Of a stretch of DNA of 64,000 nucleotides, positions 12,782-24,404 are shown piece after piece (positions within the stretch are counted from its first letter, which is position 1; every line of letters starts with the position of its first letter). The stretch covers positions 50,530,001 to 50,594,000 of the forward strand of contig NC_083279.1 of assembly GCF_963506605.1 (NCBI RefSeq). The letters run 5' to 3'. This DNA is from Zootoca vivipara. Lineage: Eukaryota. The position numbers and the translations under genes are program-made. Under the pieces are notes generated by a model. That model ran no database searches. It was not told the origin of the DNA and saw only the letters and a program-made list of their open reading frames with translations.

Positions 12782-14121
12782 TCAGGGGAGGGGGAAAGCA
12801 ATAGGGAGAAAGAGGTAGAGGAATAAAAGGAAGCTTAGGATGACTTGAAACAGCAGCGTGTCTGTTCTCTGGCCTAAAGTGGCTTGTTCGTACAATATTA
12901 AGGCATGCGGCTTTGACAGGCCATAGGCCTCAGAGAGAAGCTTGTTAGATGTTAGGTTTGTCATGGTGAGCTTTCCTTTTCCCCATGGCTGATTCTTGCA
13001 CACTCTCTCAATAAATGAGCCCAAAAGGGAGGCGAGATGACAGGGTTGAGGCCCTGAACACAGTTAGCTGTACCTCACAGGGGGATAGCAAACTTTGCAT
13101 CTTGACAGAAGGCACTCGGGCTGAACTGAAGCTGCAAGCAAGATTGAATGTTCTTATCTGCCTATGTAGCTCAGAAGCCCAGTCTCTGGACCTAAGGGGC
13201 TTTATATGGGAAATGATGTTATTCTGTGTCGCGTTCAAGAGTGTTGCAAAGAAATTAATATCATCATGGTTACCTACAAGCAGCCAAAGGAAATGAGAAA
13301 GGAAATAGATACAGCAAGAGAAACAAACATTGCACTAAGGATTCTTCCCAAATTAATTATATTCCTTCAGTTTTTTTAGGTGCACCGAAGTTTGAGGTCT
13401 GAGGTGAAATGTTTAATTTCCGCTGAAGCCACTTCCCCCACTTCTGTTTTGCCATGGAATGTGTGTCCAGATTTTGAGTGCTAATAAATATGAAGGTTTA
13501 CTTAACACAAACTATATGCCACATGTACGAAGGAAGTAAACTTATCTTGCAGTCCTGTGCAGTAATTAATCCTGGTTGGGAACTTACAGGATTGCCAACT
13601 AAAATTATACTAAAACCTGCTCAAGAAGTTAAATGGAGTAAGTGAATCTGTTTTATGTCTACAGGATGTCTGGAAGCTAATCCAAGATCTGAACTGGATC
13701 TGAAATAGATGAGGTGGCCCATAGGCTTTGATGTAGTATATACTGGAGTCTCTTCACCCCACAACTCCATCAAGGAACAGCAGGGGGAGTGTGGATATAT
13801 GTTGCAGCTCAGGTAAGAGATGTTACTAAGCAGGTTTGCAGCAACATCTGGGCGTCCTGGAAGGCATGGGAAATTTGATTCCATGATTTCCACCATCATT
13901 GCATATGGTGAGCATTACAGCAGCATTCTGGGATGTTGGAAACAATGGGAAATGGAGCAATTTATTAGAGAACAGAGATCTGCAGGCAAGCTTTTGTGCA
14001 GAAATGGGAGAAAGTCAATTTGTATAGGGTAGCCAAGAAGGAGGCTTCTGTGCACTAAGGTCATTCTGAATAGCATGTTGCATTGTGCAATGCTTACATT
14101 TTAAACTTGTATTAAATATGA

Positions 14122-14194
14122 TACAGGTAGGTAGCCGTGTTGGTCTGCCATAATCGAAACAAAATAAAAAAAATCCTTCCAGTAGCACCTTAGA
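14122..14194 (-). mobile_element. Penelope-like element terminal fragment
   Basis: Reverse complement shares 'taaggtgctactg.aagga.tttttt.atttt' with 18212-18308; 'gtagccgtgttggtctg' is typical of reptile PLE ends. Confidence 0.7.
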
Positions 14195-15243
14195 GTGCAC
14201 CTTAGCATCATATTTATGGGGGCACATAATTAAAACAATATTTGGGGGCGTTTTTGTTTTTTAAAAAGAATACATTTTGCAAAAACAATTGTACAATATT
14301 ATTCAAGGTGGCATGTTTTGGGGTTGTTAAAGATAGCAACACAGAAATGGACAGAATTTAACAGGTTTGTTCTTCAGATAACATCTAGCTCATTGATGCG
14401 TTAGAAACTATGGCAAAATCAGTTTGAAAGATTGAGGGTTTAATGGGATTGTTTGTAAGCATTGCAACCTTAGCTTACACTTTATTCACAGCGATCTTGG
14501 AATATCGAACTGGCAAATTGATCGGAGAACATGCTAAGCATGCAATGTATTAAAATGAATTTCATGTTAGCTGTTAGAAGCAGCAGCCTTGATTTGTATC
14601 TCAATACAGAATGTTTTCCTGGGACTGTGCCAATGGTGCCTCATTGTCTGATTTCAGAGCACTGTAATCGAACGTTAATAGCATGATCTTATTTTCAGTC
14701 AACACGAGCACGAGGCCCAATAAACTTTGGAGCCATTTAGCTAGAAATCTGAGAACTCTAAACAATTTATTTACAAAGACACAGATACATCTTAACATAC
14801 TTCATGAATTGCCTACCCTTCACTACAAGAACAACATATAAATGCTCTTTAATGAACTCAATTAATACTATTCTGTAGCGCCTTTTTTCATCATTTTCTC
14901 TCGCTTTGGACATGATCTGTCTTCCCCACTTGTATAGTTACACAAATATTGTGTCATCTCATTGTGAGAAGTGATACAGTCAGATTTTTAATTATTTTAA
15001 CAGTTCTTTATTCTGAGTTTAAAATTGCTGCAACCTGCCCCAGAACCTGCTGGTGAAGGGCAGGTAATAAATTTAAAACAGAAGCAGCAGTAGGCAGATT
15101 ATAATGCTAATTTTTATCTGACTTTTTTGCAGCTGTTCAATGAAATATTTGATTCATTTCATTCATGGTATTATCACCCATTCACCTACTGTGATGGTTA
15201 TTGTGAGCTTAAAATGCTGCTTTGAGTCCAGGACACAAATGCA

Positions 15244-15290
<47 letters not shown>
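15244..15290. repeat. (AAT)n microsatellite
   Basis: Direct reading. Confidence 0.98.
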
Positions 15291-15292
<2 letters not shown>

Positions 15293-16278
15293 GTGGCTTG
15301 GCCATATTGGGCACATCTCCATGTTACACAAGTAGACTTCTGCTTGCATAACAGTACTTGAGTTCCTTCTCCTGCCTCTACAGCATCCCACATAGAACCA
15401 AAACCTGCTCCTGCCACCCTGCAGAGCAGATTTTGAAAGTGTACAGAGGGCTGCAGGGGAGGATGGGGAAGGTGATGTCCCAGTGCACAAGCAGGTCCAC
15501 CCTTTTGCTCAGTCAGTGCCGGATATAACCCAATGACTTTTTCTTTGTTGTTGTTTTTCAGCCAGTAATGTATTCCTTCAAGGGTGATGTTCATAGACAT
15601 GGGCGTGAATTTAACATGGGAACCAGCCCGAAAAACTGCATAGTTCACGGTAGAGCTATGTATAAGCCAAATCTTTTTATTTGGTTCTCTGAGTTGTACT
15701 GCATGCAAATTGTGCTTTCCTATTGTTCCTTGGCCCTGTTGGTTTATTCTTTTCCTATGCTTCATTAGCTGCCACTTGGCGAGAAAACCTGAGAAGATTT
15801 TACACATGTCGATATGTCACTCCTGTCATAGTCACATCACCATTTGAATCCATTGTGTGTACTGTAGGCATGTTCCATACTGTACAGTAAATGACAGATA
15901 CGCAGACAGTTGATGGAGACCATATACTGTTCAGAGAAAACTGAATGTTAGCACTTTATTAGCAGTTCAAGGTTTCACACTGAACCCCATATTGATCATA
16001 TTGAAACAAATGCAAATCTGACGTGAAACCTTGTGCTCAAGTCTACCTTTTGGAATCCAGAAAGATTCTAGATTCCAGATGGGGATTTTGAAAGCATCTC
16101 AGAATGACACCAACTGTTCACTAGGATTTTACCCATTTTTATTCGCTAGGACTTGTTTTCTCAACAACATACATGTCATTAGTACAAGGGTAGAGCTGAC
16201 CATGAAATGGTTAAAGATATCTAGGACTGACCATGTTAATTCCTTTCTAAGCACAATCCGCAGGCTTTGGTTAGAGAT

Positions 16279-17267
16279 AAATCTCTATGTGGGACAAGAA
16301 GCTACAGTTAGAACTGGATATGGAACAACTGATTGGTTCAAAATTGGGAAAGGAGTACAACAAGGCTGTATATTGTCTCCCTGCTTATTTAACTTATATG
16401 CAGAATTCATCATGCGAAAGGCTGGACTGGATGAATCCCAAGCCGGAATTAAGATTGCCGGAAGAAATATCAACAACCTCAGATATGATGATGACACAAC
16501 CTTGATGGCAGAAAGTGAGGAGGAATTAAAGAACCTTTTAATGAGGGTGAAAGAGGGGAGCGCAAAATATGGTCTGAAGCTCACCATCAAAAAAATTAAG
16601 ATCATGGCCACTGGTCCCATCACCTTCTGGCAAATAGAAGAGGAAGAAATAGAGGCAGTGAGAGATTTTACTTTCTTGGGTTCCATGATCACTGCAGATG
16701 GTGACAGCAGTCACGAAATTAAAAGACGCCTGCTTCTTAGGAGAAAAGCAATAACAAACCTAGACAGCATCTTAAAAAGTAGAGACATCCCCTTGCCGAC
16801 AAAGGTCCGTATAGTTAAAGCTATGGTTTTCCCAGTAGTGATGTATGGAAGTGAGAGCTGGACCATAAAGAAGGCTGATTGCTGAATAATTGATGCTTTT
16901 GAATTGTGGTGTTGGAGGAGACTCTTGAGAGTCCCATGGACTGCAAGAAGATCAAACCTATCCATTCTGAAGGAAATCAGCCCTGAGTGCTCACTGGAAG
17001 GACAGATCCTGAAGCTGAGGCTCCAATACTTTGGCCACCTCATGAGAAGAGAAGACTCCCTGGAAAAGACCCTGAAGTTGGGAAAGATGGAGGGCATTAG
17101 GAGAAGGGGATGACAGAGGATGAGATGGTTGGACAGTGTTCTCAAAGCTACGAACATGAGTCTGACCAAACTGCAGGAGGCAGTGGAAGACAGGAGTGCC
17201 TGGCATGCTCTGGTCCACGGGGTCACAAAGAGTCAGACACGACTAAACGACTAAACAACAACAACAA
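16279..17267 (+). mobile_element. BovB LINE, 5'-truncated (about 1 kb), with RT domain and 3' end; inactive
   Basis: GKGVQQGCILSPCLFNLYAE...NNLRYDDDT (YADD-box variant); in-frame TGA at 16883-16885 and near 17111 where other copies have CGA; (CAA)n tail. Confidence 0.96.
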
Positions 17268-18211
17268 TATTATTGTTCTTACCAGAGCACATAGAAAACA
17301 AAAGACTGTCCTGCATTTACCAATGCCCAATCTGTCTAGGGTCAATAGTGCAACAGAATAATTCTCAGTTGGCTATAGCACTTCCATCATTGATCAACAA
17401 GTTCAACAGGTTAAAGATATCCATTTGCTCAGTGCTTGTGTACCCTTTGTGTGTAGAAAGGAGTGTTCATGGAGCTTTTAAATGGATTTCTGTTTCACTT
17501 AATGCTCCTTTCATGTACTATAGCTATTAAAACATGAAGGCTATTGACCATATGCAATGCATATTTAGGAAATTAAAATGACACAGAAATTCAGATGCCA
17601 AACTCAACATATGCTTATTATACAGTCTGCTATTTACAAGGCCAACTTAAAAAGGCATCACTTATCTAGTGGAAAATACATTTTAAATGGAAGACTATTG
17701 ATGTTTATTTTGTGCCTTGCCGACAATAATAGAAATATGTCCAAGTAAAAGAACCATATACTATACCATCAAAGGAGATCCTGGGATCATTCTACCATCT
17801 CTTTTTGAGAAAGAAGCATTCTAAGTCTACCTCTCTTTAACATCCATGTCTGTGTTGCCAAATCTCTAAGAAAATAGTTATTACATGATGATATTCTGTG
17901 GCTTACGTTGTGGTCTAAGACTTGATGAATGATTGTTGGTTTCTGAATAGCACAAAGAAACATTCTACAAATGGAAAGTATTTTGCTCTCCATGTCTATT
18001 CTCCCCATGGGGATTTACAAGTACAATATAAATGTCTCAATGTCTCAGTGATATTAAGTCAGCAAAGTATTATTCTCCATTTATTATACAACCTTTTAAA
18101 CACCACTAGTTCTTAGAATTAATTAAACATTGATTTGGTTTGGGCTTGTTTGGAGGAATTTTGGGGAAATTCACACTGTCCATTTCACTTTTATGTTACA
18201 ACTAAATTCTT

Positions 18212-18308
18212 GAAGAAGTGTGCATGCACACGAAAGCTCATACCAAAATAAAAACTTAGTTGGTCTTTAAGGTGCTACTGAAGGAATTTTTTTATTTTAT
18301 TTTTATTT
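18212..18308 (+). mobile_element. Penelope-like element fragment with a truncated hammerhead-ribozyme core
   Basis: (t)GAAGA-a-GTGTGCATGCACAC-GAAA-GCTCA; 12-bp direct repeat AACTAAATTCTT at 18200-18211 and 18309-18320. Confidence 0.78.
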
Positions 18309-18335
18309 AACTAAATTCTTATTTTGTATATTGAA

Positions 18336-18616
18336 TGTGTACAATGTATTCTAGATATGGACATTTCCAAAGTCCTGTTGGTGATTATGCACAATTGCTG
18401 TGCATAATTCAACTAAGAATTGAATTCAACTAAGATATACACATTCCTCAAGGCCTGTTGGAGATTACATATAATGACTAAAGAATGTGCAAAATTCAGT
18501 TGATAGATACACAGTCTGTTGGAGATTATGCATATTAACCAGGAAATGTGCACAATTCCCTCTTCATGGAAGGCTTATGTGCACCTTCTCCATGAGGCCT
18601 GGTGAATGTGCACAAT
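18336..18616. repeat. Degenerate tandem array with a period of about 70-80 bp
   Basis: Three units of 'agata..cac....ctgttgg(a/t)gatta(t/c)(g/a)(c/t)a...tgtgca(c/a/t)aattc', plus a partial fourth. Confidence 0.6.
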
Positions 18617-18729
18617 AGCTGGTTGTTAAACACATTACCTACACTATTTCTGTCCCCCCTAACATATTCATATGACAGAGTACATTGCTGGGCCCATTTT
18701 ACAGGTGAACAATATGTTACCCTTTAATG

Positions 18730-18831
18730 CAGGGGTAGCTAACTTGTGGCTCTCTAGATGTTGTTGGACTCCTACTCCCATCATTCTTGGCCACCACAGC
18801 TGATGGTCAGGGATGACGGAAGTTGCAGCTC
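18730..18831. mobile_element. hAT-type MITE relic with a palindromic core
   Basis: 'caggggtagctaac...gttgttggactcctactcccatcattc...gggatgacggaagttgcag'; a related core lies at 330-392. Confidence 0.55.
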
Positions 18832-19901
18832 AGGGTGAGGAATGAGATCCAGATCTAGACCACCCACAAATCCTGTGGTTTACTTCGATATGTGGGTGGG
18901 GATGCCCTCTTAACAATCTCTTAATATCACCATGATGTCAGGTGAAACATTTATCTGTGCAAGTGGCTGCTGCAAACCCTTCTTCATTTGCCTGCATGGT
19001 ATGAAATTAAACCCACAGGCAAAGAAAGCAGTTCCCCAAGGGCTTTGTGGTAAGCACTGATCTCCTGGGGCTAGGATAGGCTGCACTGCGGGATAGACTA
19101 TTCTGTGAAGCACACCTTAGATCTCTCATTTGTTCCTTTGCCACCATATCCTTAGCTGCCTTATGTCACATATGGGACTGGTGGTTAAAGTTTAGGGGAA
19201 ATATTTTTATGAATCAAATCAGGACCCTTTGCTAGCCTAATTTGGTCTGTAGGCCGAAGTTCCCTGCCACTTTTGTCATTTAACAACCTGTGGAGCATCA
19301 CCGGCTAGCCGTTCCTGCTTTAATGTCTGTAGTAAATTAATCTACAATAATTTAAACAAGAATACAATAACAAGAGGCTGATGATATAGGATTACTGTAT
19401 TAGCCGACAATTATTGATCTCTGCAAGAAACAAACATATACATTTTTTAAAAATGCTCTCCAACCTAAGCACTTTTGATATAGGCTAACTAAAAGCCAAT
19501 CCACAATGCAACACCTGTATGTTGTACTGATATACATAGTTCCAAGTAGTTCCCTTATGATTCATTTGCGATACTCATCTGTGCCTTTGGGTGTTCTGGG
19601 AGGGGAATCCATTAAAAAATCAATACCATAATTAGGAAACATTATATTGTATTCTAATGCTAACTAAAAAGCAATAGTGCTGGCCATATGCATGACGACA
19701 GGGTTGTGCTTTGCCTGATGTGTGTGGTTTTCTCATGACTTCCTGACAAAAACAGGCAAAACCTTGCATGTGTACTGAGGATTCTCCCATTTCAATACAT
19801 TTCCAAAAGTTATTATCTTCTGAAAAATGGAAAGGACCTGGGGTTCCCTAATCAGCGAAAGCTCTGCATCCACATTCTTGCTGGAAGGGATGGGGGAAGA
19901 A

Positions 19902-20084
19902 CATAGCTCAGTGGTAGTGTATTTGCCTTGCATGCAGAAGGTCCCAATTTCAATCCTTGGCGTCCCCAGATAGGGCTGGGAAAACTTTTACCTGAAACAT
20001 TGGAAACTTGCTGCTAGTCAGATTAGACAACACTGAATTAGTTGGATCCAATGGTCTGACTCAGGAAGGCAGCTTCCTATGTTC
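19902..20084 (+). mobile_element. tRNA-derived SINE with CR1-like tail (Squam2-like)
   Basis: tRNA-like head 'tagctcagtggtag...tgcatgcagaaggtcccaatttcaatcc' and tail 'aatggtctgactcagg.aggcagcttcctatgttc'. Confidence 0.75.
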
Positions 20085-20231
20085 ATACATTAAGTATGAA
20101 GCTCCCATTGACTGTCAATCCTGGGAGCTCCTTGTGCCTAAAAAAAAGCTTTTGATTGCCCCATTGTCTGTCTTTTTAAATACTTCACCTTTTAATTGTT
20201 CTTCATTAAAAAATCAGGATGCAATCCAATA

Positions 20232-20441
20232 CAGTGGTACCTCAGTTTACGAAACTTAATCTGTTCCTGAAGTCCATTCTTAAACCGAATCCGTTCTTAA
20301 ACCAAAGTGTGCTTTCCCTAATGAGGCCTCCTGCCGCCGGTGCCCTTCCACCATTCGGGTTCCATTTGTAGACCAAGTTTTGCGGAGTTCATAAACCAAA
20401 TTGTTTGTAAACAGGACTGTTCTTAAACTGAGGTACCACTT
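20232..20441. mobile_element. Tc1/mariner MITE (same family as 25270-25510, opposite orientation)
   Basis: TA-CAGTGGTACCTCAGTTTA...TAAACTGAGGTACCACT(t)-TA. Confidence 0.9.
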
Positions 20442-20453
20442 TACACACTTGCC

Positions 20454-20902
20454 TGGTTTTCCCAGTAGTGATGTTTGGAAGTGAGAGCTGGACCATAAAG
20501 AAGGCTGATCGCCGAAGAATTGATGCTTTTGAATTGTGGTGCTGGAGGAGACTCTTGAGAGTCCCGTGGACTGCAAGAAGATCAAACCTATCCATTCTGA
20601 AGGAAATCAGCCCTGAGTGCTCACTGGAAGGACAGATTGTGAAGCTGAGGCTCCAATACTTTGGCCACCTCATGAGAAGAGAAGACTCCCTGGAAAAGAC
20701 CCTGATGTTGGGAAAGATGGAGGGCACTAGGAGAAGGGGACGACAGTGGACGAGATGGTTGGACAGTGTTCTCAAAGCTACGAACATGAGTTTGACCAAA
20801 CTGCGGGAGGCAGTGGAAGACAGGAGTGCCTGGCGTGCTCTGGTCCATCGGGTCACGAAGAGTCGGACACGACTAAACGACTAAACAACAGCAACAACAA
20901 CA
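20454..20902 (+). mobile_element. BovB LINE 3' fragment
   Basis: ORF 20468..20884 encodes GSESWTIKKADRRRIDAFELWCWRRLLRVPW...RTRLND; (CAA)n tail. Confidence 0.96.
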
Positions 20903-22224
20903 AAGTCCCATTGAACTCAATATGACTTGCTTTGTCCACACACACACACACACACACACGATTGCACTGTTGATGTATACGATTTTGGAAATGTAATATT
21001 AAGGTATAATAAACAATGTATTTGTACCATTATATCTACTGTGTGTAGAATGTCCTAAAACTGTCATAGGCTTTTATAGTGCTCTTAATTATTTCCCCTT
21101 GGAGAAAATAGAGCATCTATAGCTATATAAATTTTTTAGAGCTCAAACTACACTTCACTTTTCTTTTGCTTTCAGTCTCATTCAGCCACACACAGGAGAA
21201 AATAGGATTTAATGTATTGGTCCTTTGAGTCTAAATCTAATCTTCCCCTCCTCCCTCTCAATCTTCCTGAAACTCAAGGGACAAAAAACCACTTACAAGT
21301 GGCTCTTTGGGAAGCTCAGCGCACAAGTCTTCAAGCCTCTGCTCTTGCAAAAGGGCAATTATTACACATAAAGTATAATTTCGCTACTCACATGCCTTCC
21401 CCTGATCCATTACCTCTCTTCCACTTTCTGACAGGAATTTTCTGACCTGTATATAGATCAAGAGTAAAAAAAGAAAGATATATTGCCATTCATTGCATGG
21501 AGGGGGGGGGGGCAGGAAACAAACAGTATTCCAAGTTTTCCTTAATAAGACTTTTTCCTGTGGCTAGTTTTGTATACTATGTTTCTAGTATGAGTGAACA
21601 TACTTTTCCTGTTACGTTTGGGAAGCTTGTAGGATAAAATCGCATATGCCAGAATGCATCACTGGATGAATGAAACATCAAGAGATAATCTGTGTCCTTT
21701 CCGGAGGAAACATGCTTTTGAATATGTCACAAGCCTCGATAGTCATATCTGTATCCCTAGGAAATCCCTCCCCCCACCATGAACCACACTGGTTTCCCAA
21801 TGCCAAGTCAGTAGCAAAATGCTACAATTCATAATTGAAAAGGGATTCATGGTGAGATACCTGGAAGGCCAGGAAGTTTTCCAGCAGGCAGTTTGGGGCA
21901 AGTGATATACCCGGATACATTTCAAAACTGTGGCTGGCTAAAACCTGCCCCTCTACATTTTAAGAAGACTTTCCACAGATGAATCTAAGGAAGGCAACTT
22001 GAATACCTCTCATTCTCTTTACCCCTCTTCACCCTTTCTCTTGTTTTCTTACTCTCTTTGACAATAGGGGTATTGCAGGACAGATAGGAAATCGATATGG
22101 GAGGGAGTGGGAAAGCAACCTAGAGTTTTTGCTTGGTTTATACTTGGGTTATACCGCTGATAATTTTCTGCATTCTTTGTGTACCTGATTTTCTTTTCTT
22201 TTTAAAAAGCGTTACTGATTTTTA

Positions 22225-22299
22225 ATTTATTGATTTATTTTTATTTATTGAATTTATATACCGCCCTATACCTGCAGGTCTCAGGGCGGTTCGCAGAAT
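22225..22299 (-). mobile_element. L2-type 3' tail relic
   Basis: 'tttattgaatttatataccgccctatacc...tctcagggcggttcgcag'; a sense counterpart ends 43020-43283. Confidence 0.55.
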
Positions 22300-22345
22300 T
22301 TTATTTTTTTGCTGTACTTGTTAAAAGAAAGCTGGAAATTTAGTA

Positions 22346-22523
22346 CAGGGGTTACCAACAGGAGAAAGTATTGTGGGAACCAAACGCACACCAACAGCCA
22401 AGCACATACTGCTACCAGTTCTATAGGCTACAATAGACCGCTACTTTGAAGCCTAACTTGGGGTGCTAGGGAAGTCTGCTGTAGGTGCATGTGTAACCCC
22501 AGGCACAGTGTTGGTGACCCCTG
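22346..22523. mobile_element. hAT-type MITE
   Basis: 14-bp TIRs CAGGGGTTACCAAC and GTTGGTGACCCCTG (1 mismatch); 8-bp flanks ATTTAGTA/TTTTAATA (6/8 match). Confidence 0.7.
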
Positions 22524-22548
22524 TTTTAATAAGACAAAAAGTTAAATA

Positions 22549-22780
22549 CAGTGGTACCTTGGTTCTCGAACTTAATCTGTTCCATTCAACTCCCGAAATG
22601 GTTCCAAAACCAAGGTGCAGCTTCCGATTGGCTGCAGGAGCTTCCTGCACTCAAGCAGAAGCCATGTTGGATGTTCGGCTTCCAGAAAACGTTCGCAAAC
22701 CAGAACAGTTACTTCCGGGTTCGCGGCGTTCGGGAGCCGATTTGTTCCACTGTAATACACTGTATTACACTGTACCACTG
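22549..22780. mobile_element. Tc1/mariner MITE with a rearranged right end
   Basis: TA-CAGTGGTACCTTGG left TIR; right end replaced by four CACTGTA units. Confidence 0.85.
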
Positions 22781-23249
22781 TAATACAAAAAGGAGGTCAT
22801 CTGAGTCAATGCAGACTCAGTCTCACAGCTTGAACTTTCAGACGACTGTACATTACCTCATGTACAATACTTTTCAGGTTATGCACTTCATAATTCATAT
22901 GTATGTCTGTGGGTGATATAAGACTTGAGCGTGCATGCATCAGTGAACCCCTTGGGTACTTTTGGCTCAGATGATTTGCCAAGCCTATAGGGAATACAGA
23001 CCACTGCTATTAGAACAGCTGCTGATCATACGAAGATATCACTAAAACATCTTAGAAATGCTCAGGTATTTCCCATTGGACCCATCTTTGGAACACTGGA
23101 AGCACCCTCAGCTGCTTTTTACAGGTCCATTGCTGCTTGAAGTGGTTGAAAAGCTTTTTCTTTTTGTTAAATAAAATATAATGCATGCCCCTAAAATTTA
23201 TAGACATATGGCATTTTTATATCCAATAAAATGGATTAATTCAATTCAT

Positions 23250-23860
23250 TAATTAAATTTAATTCATTTAATTTGTATATCCGAATCAATGTAAAAACAA
23301 GAAAATTTCAATGCAAGGTTCTATGATTATACAATGTTTACATAGAATATTGTATAATCTAAAGGTAAAGGTAAAGGTGCCCCTGACCATCAGGTCCAAT
23401 CGTGTCCGACTCTGGGGTTGCGGCGCTCATCTCGCTCTATAGGCCGAGGGATTCAATCCGTTGCAGGGATTCAAACCGCCGACCTTCTGATCAGCAAGCC
23501 CTAGACTCTGTGGTTTAACCCACAGCGCCACCTGGGTCCCTGTATAATCTTATAAGCATATAATAAAATCACAATAATGCATCAAGATAAAACACATTGC
23601 AAAGAAACAATTCATTGCAATAAAAAAACATACAAAAATCCACAGAGCTGACCCAATAAAATAGCAGCAAAATAGTTTGGCATCAAAACATGTCATCCAG
23701 AAAATTCACCACAAATGCCTGGGAAAAGAGATACCCATTTTTACCTGGTTTTCTCTGTTATCAAAAAGATGTTAATGAGGATGCCAGGCAGACCTTAGTG
23801 TGGAGAGCATTCCACAGATGGGCCTTTGAAAAGGCTCTCCCAGTAGTTGCCATTCACCAA
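23250..23860 (-). mobile_element. Old L2-like 3' fragment hosting a Sauria SINE
   Basis: 'aaatgcctgggaaaagaga...gccaggcagacc...gagagcattccacagatggg...gaaaaggctctc', plus an AT-rich 3' UTR and tail. Confidence 0.45.
23361..23540 (-). mobile_element. Sauria SINE (Squam1), internally deleted
   Basis: Head GGGACCCAGGTGGCGCTGTGGG and (ACCTTT)n tail in antisense; perfect 10-bp TSD TGTATAATCT at 23351-23360 and 23541-23550. Confidence 0.93.
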
Positions 23861-24315
23861 AGCTTTTATGTTCCTTGTTTTACATTGCTGTAAGCTGCTC
23901 CAGGTAGCTGAATATGATACAGTGACACATGTAATGAATAAAATAATTCTCAAGTTGCTTCTTGACTGTTGTATTGCCCCGAGATGCTGAAAAATAGTTC
24001 AGGTTTCAACCTTACGGTTTTGAAGAAAAGGACATAATTTCTCAAAAACCTGTTCAGTTGGTGTATGGGAATCTACTTATTTGCTATTCGTTTGAATTAC
24101 AGACCTATAGATTTGATTCCAGTAATAAAAATGTAAGTATTCATTTTGTTCCTTATACATCTCTCAAGGCCACAAAAATGTTGCCAAGCAAAATTGCTTC
24201 TGGTCTTAATCAATTTTAACTGTGTCCAATTAAATTAGTCTTCATGACTTTATTAAATGCTGGAAAACTCTTACCCCAGAAATCAACCTTTAAATTGGTC
24301 AGATTGTGAATCTCT

Positions 24316-24319
<4 letters not shown>

Positions 24320-24399
<80 letters not shown>
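24320..24399. repeat. (TC)n microsatellite, about 40 units
   Basis: Direct reading. Confidence 0.98.

Positions 24400-24404
<5 letters not shown>

Noticed and set aside
15163-15807. 214-aa minus-strand ORF
   Set aside because: It runs through the (AAT)n microsatellite as poly-Ile, has no recognisable domain, and has no canonical ATG start
16031-16885. 284-aa ORF as a functional RT gene
   Set aside because: The N-terminal part is flank read-through; the rest is truncated BovB with a YDDD change and a premature stop
16285-17226. Antisense ORFs over BovB copies
   Set aside because: They recur in most BovB copies as a by-product of the family sequence; there is no evidence of independent function
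18336-18616. CRISPR-like repeat-spacer array
   Set aside because: Vertebrate context, degenerate repeats, spacers similar to each other, and no cas genes
19902-19975. tRNA gene
   Set aside because: Degenerate, and continues into a SINE body and CR1-like tail
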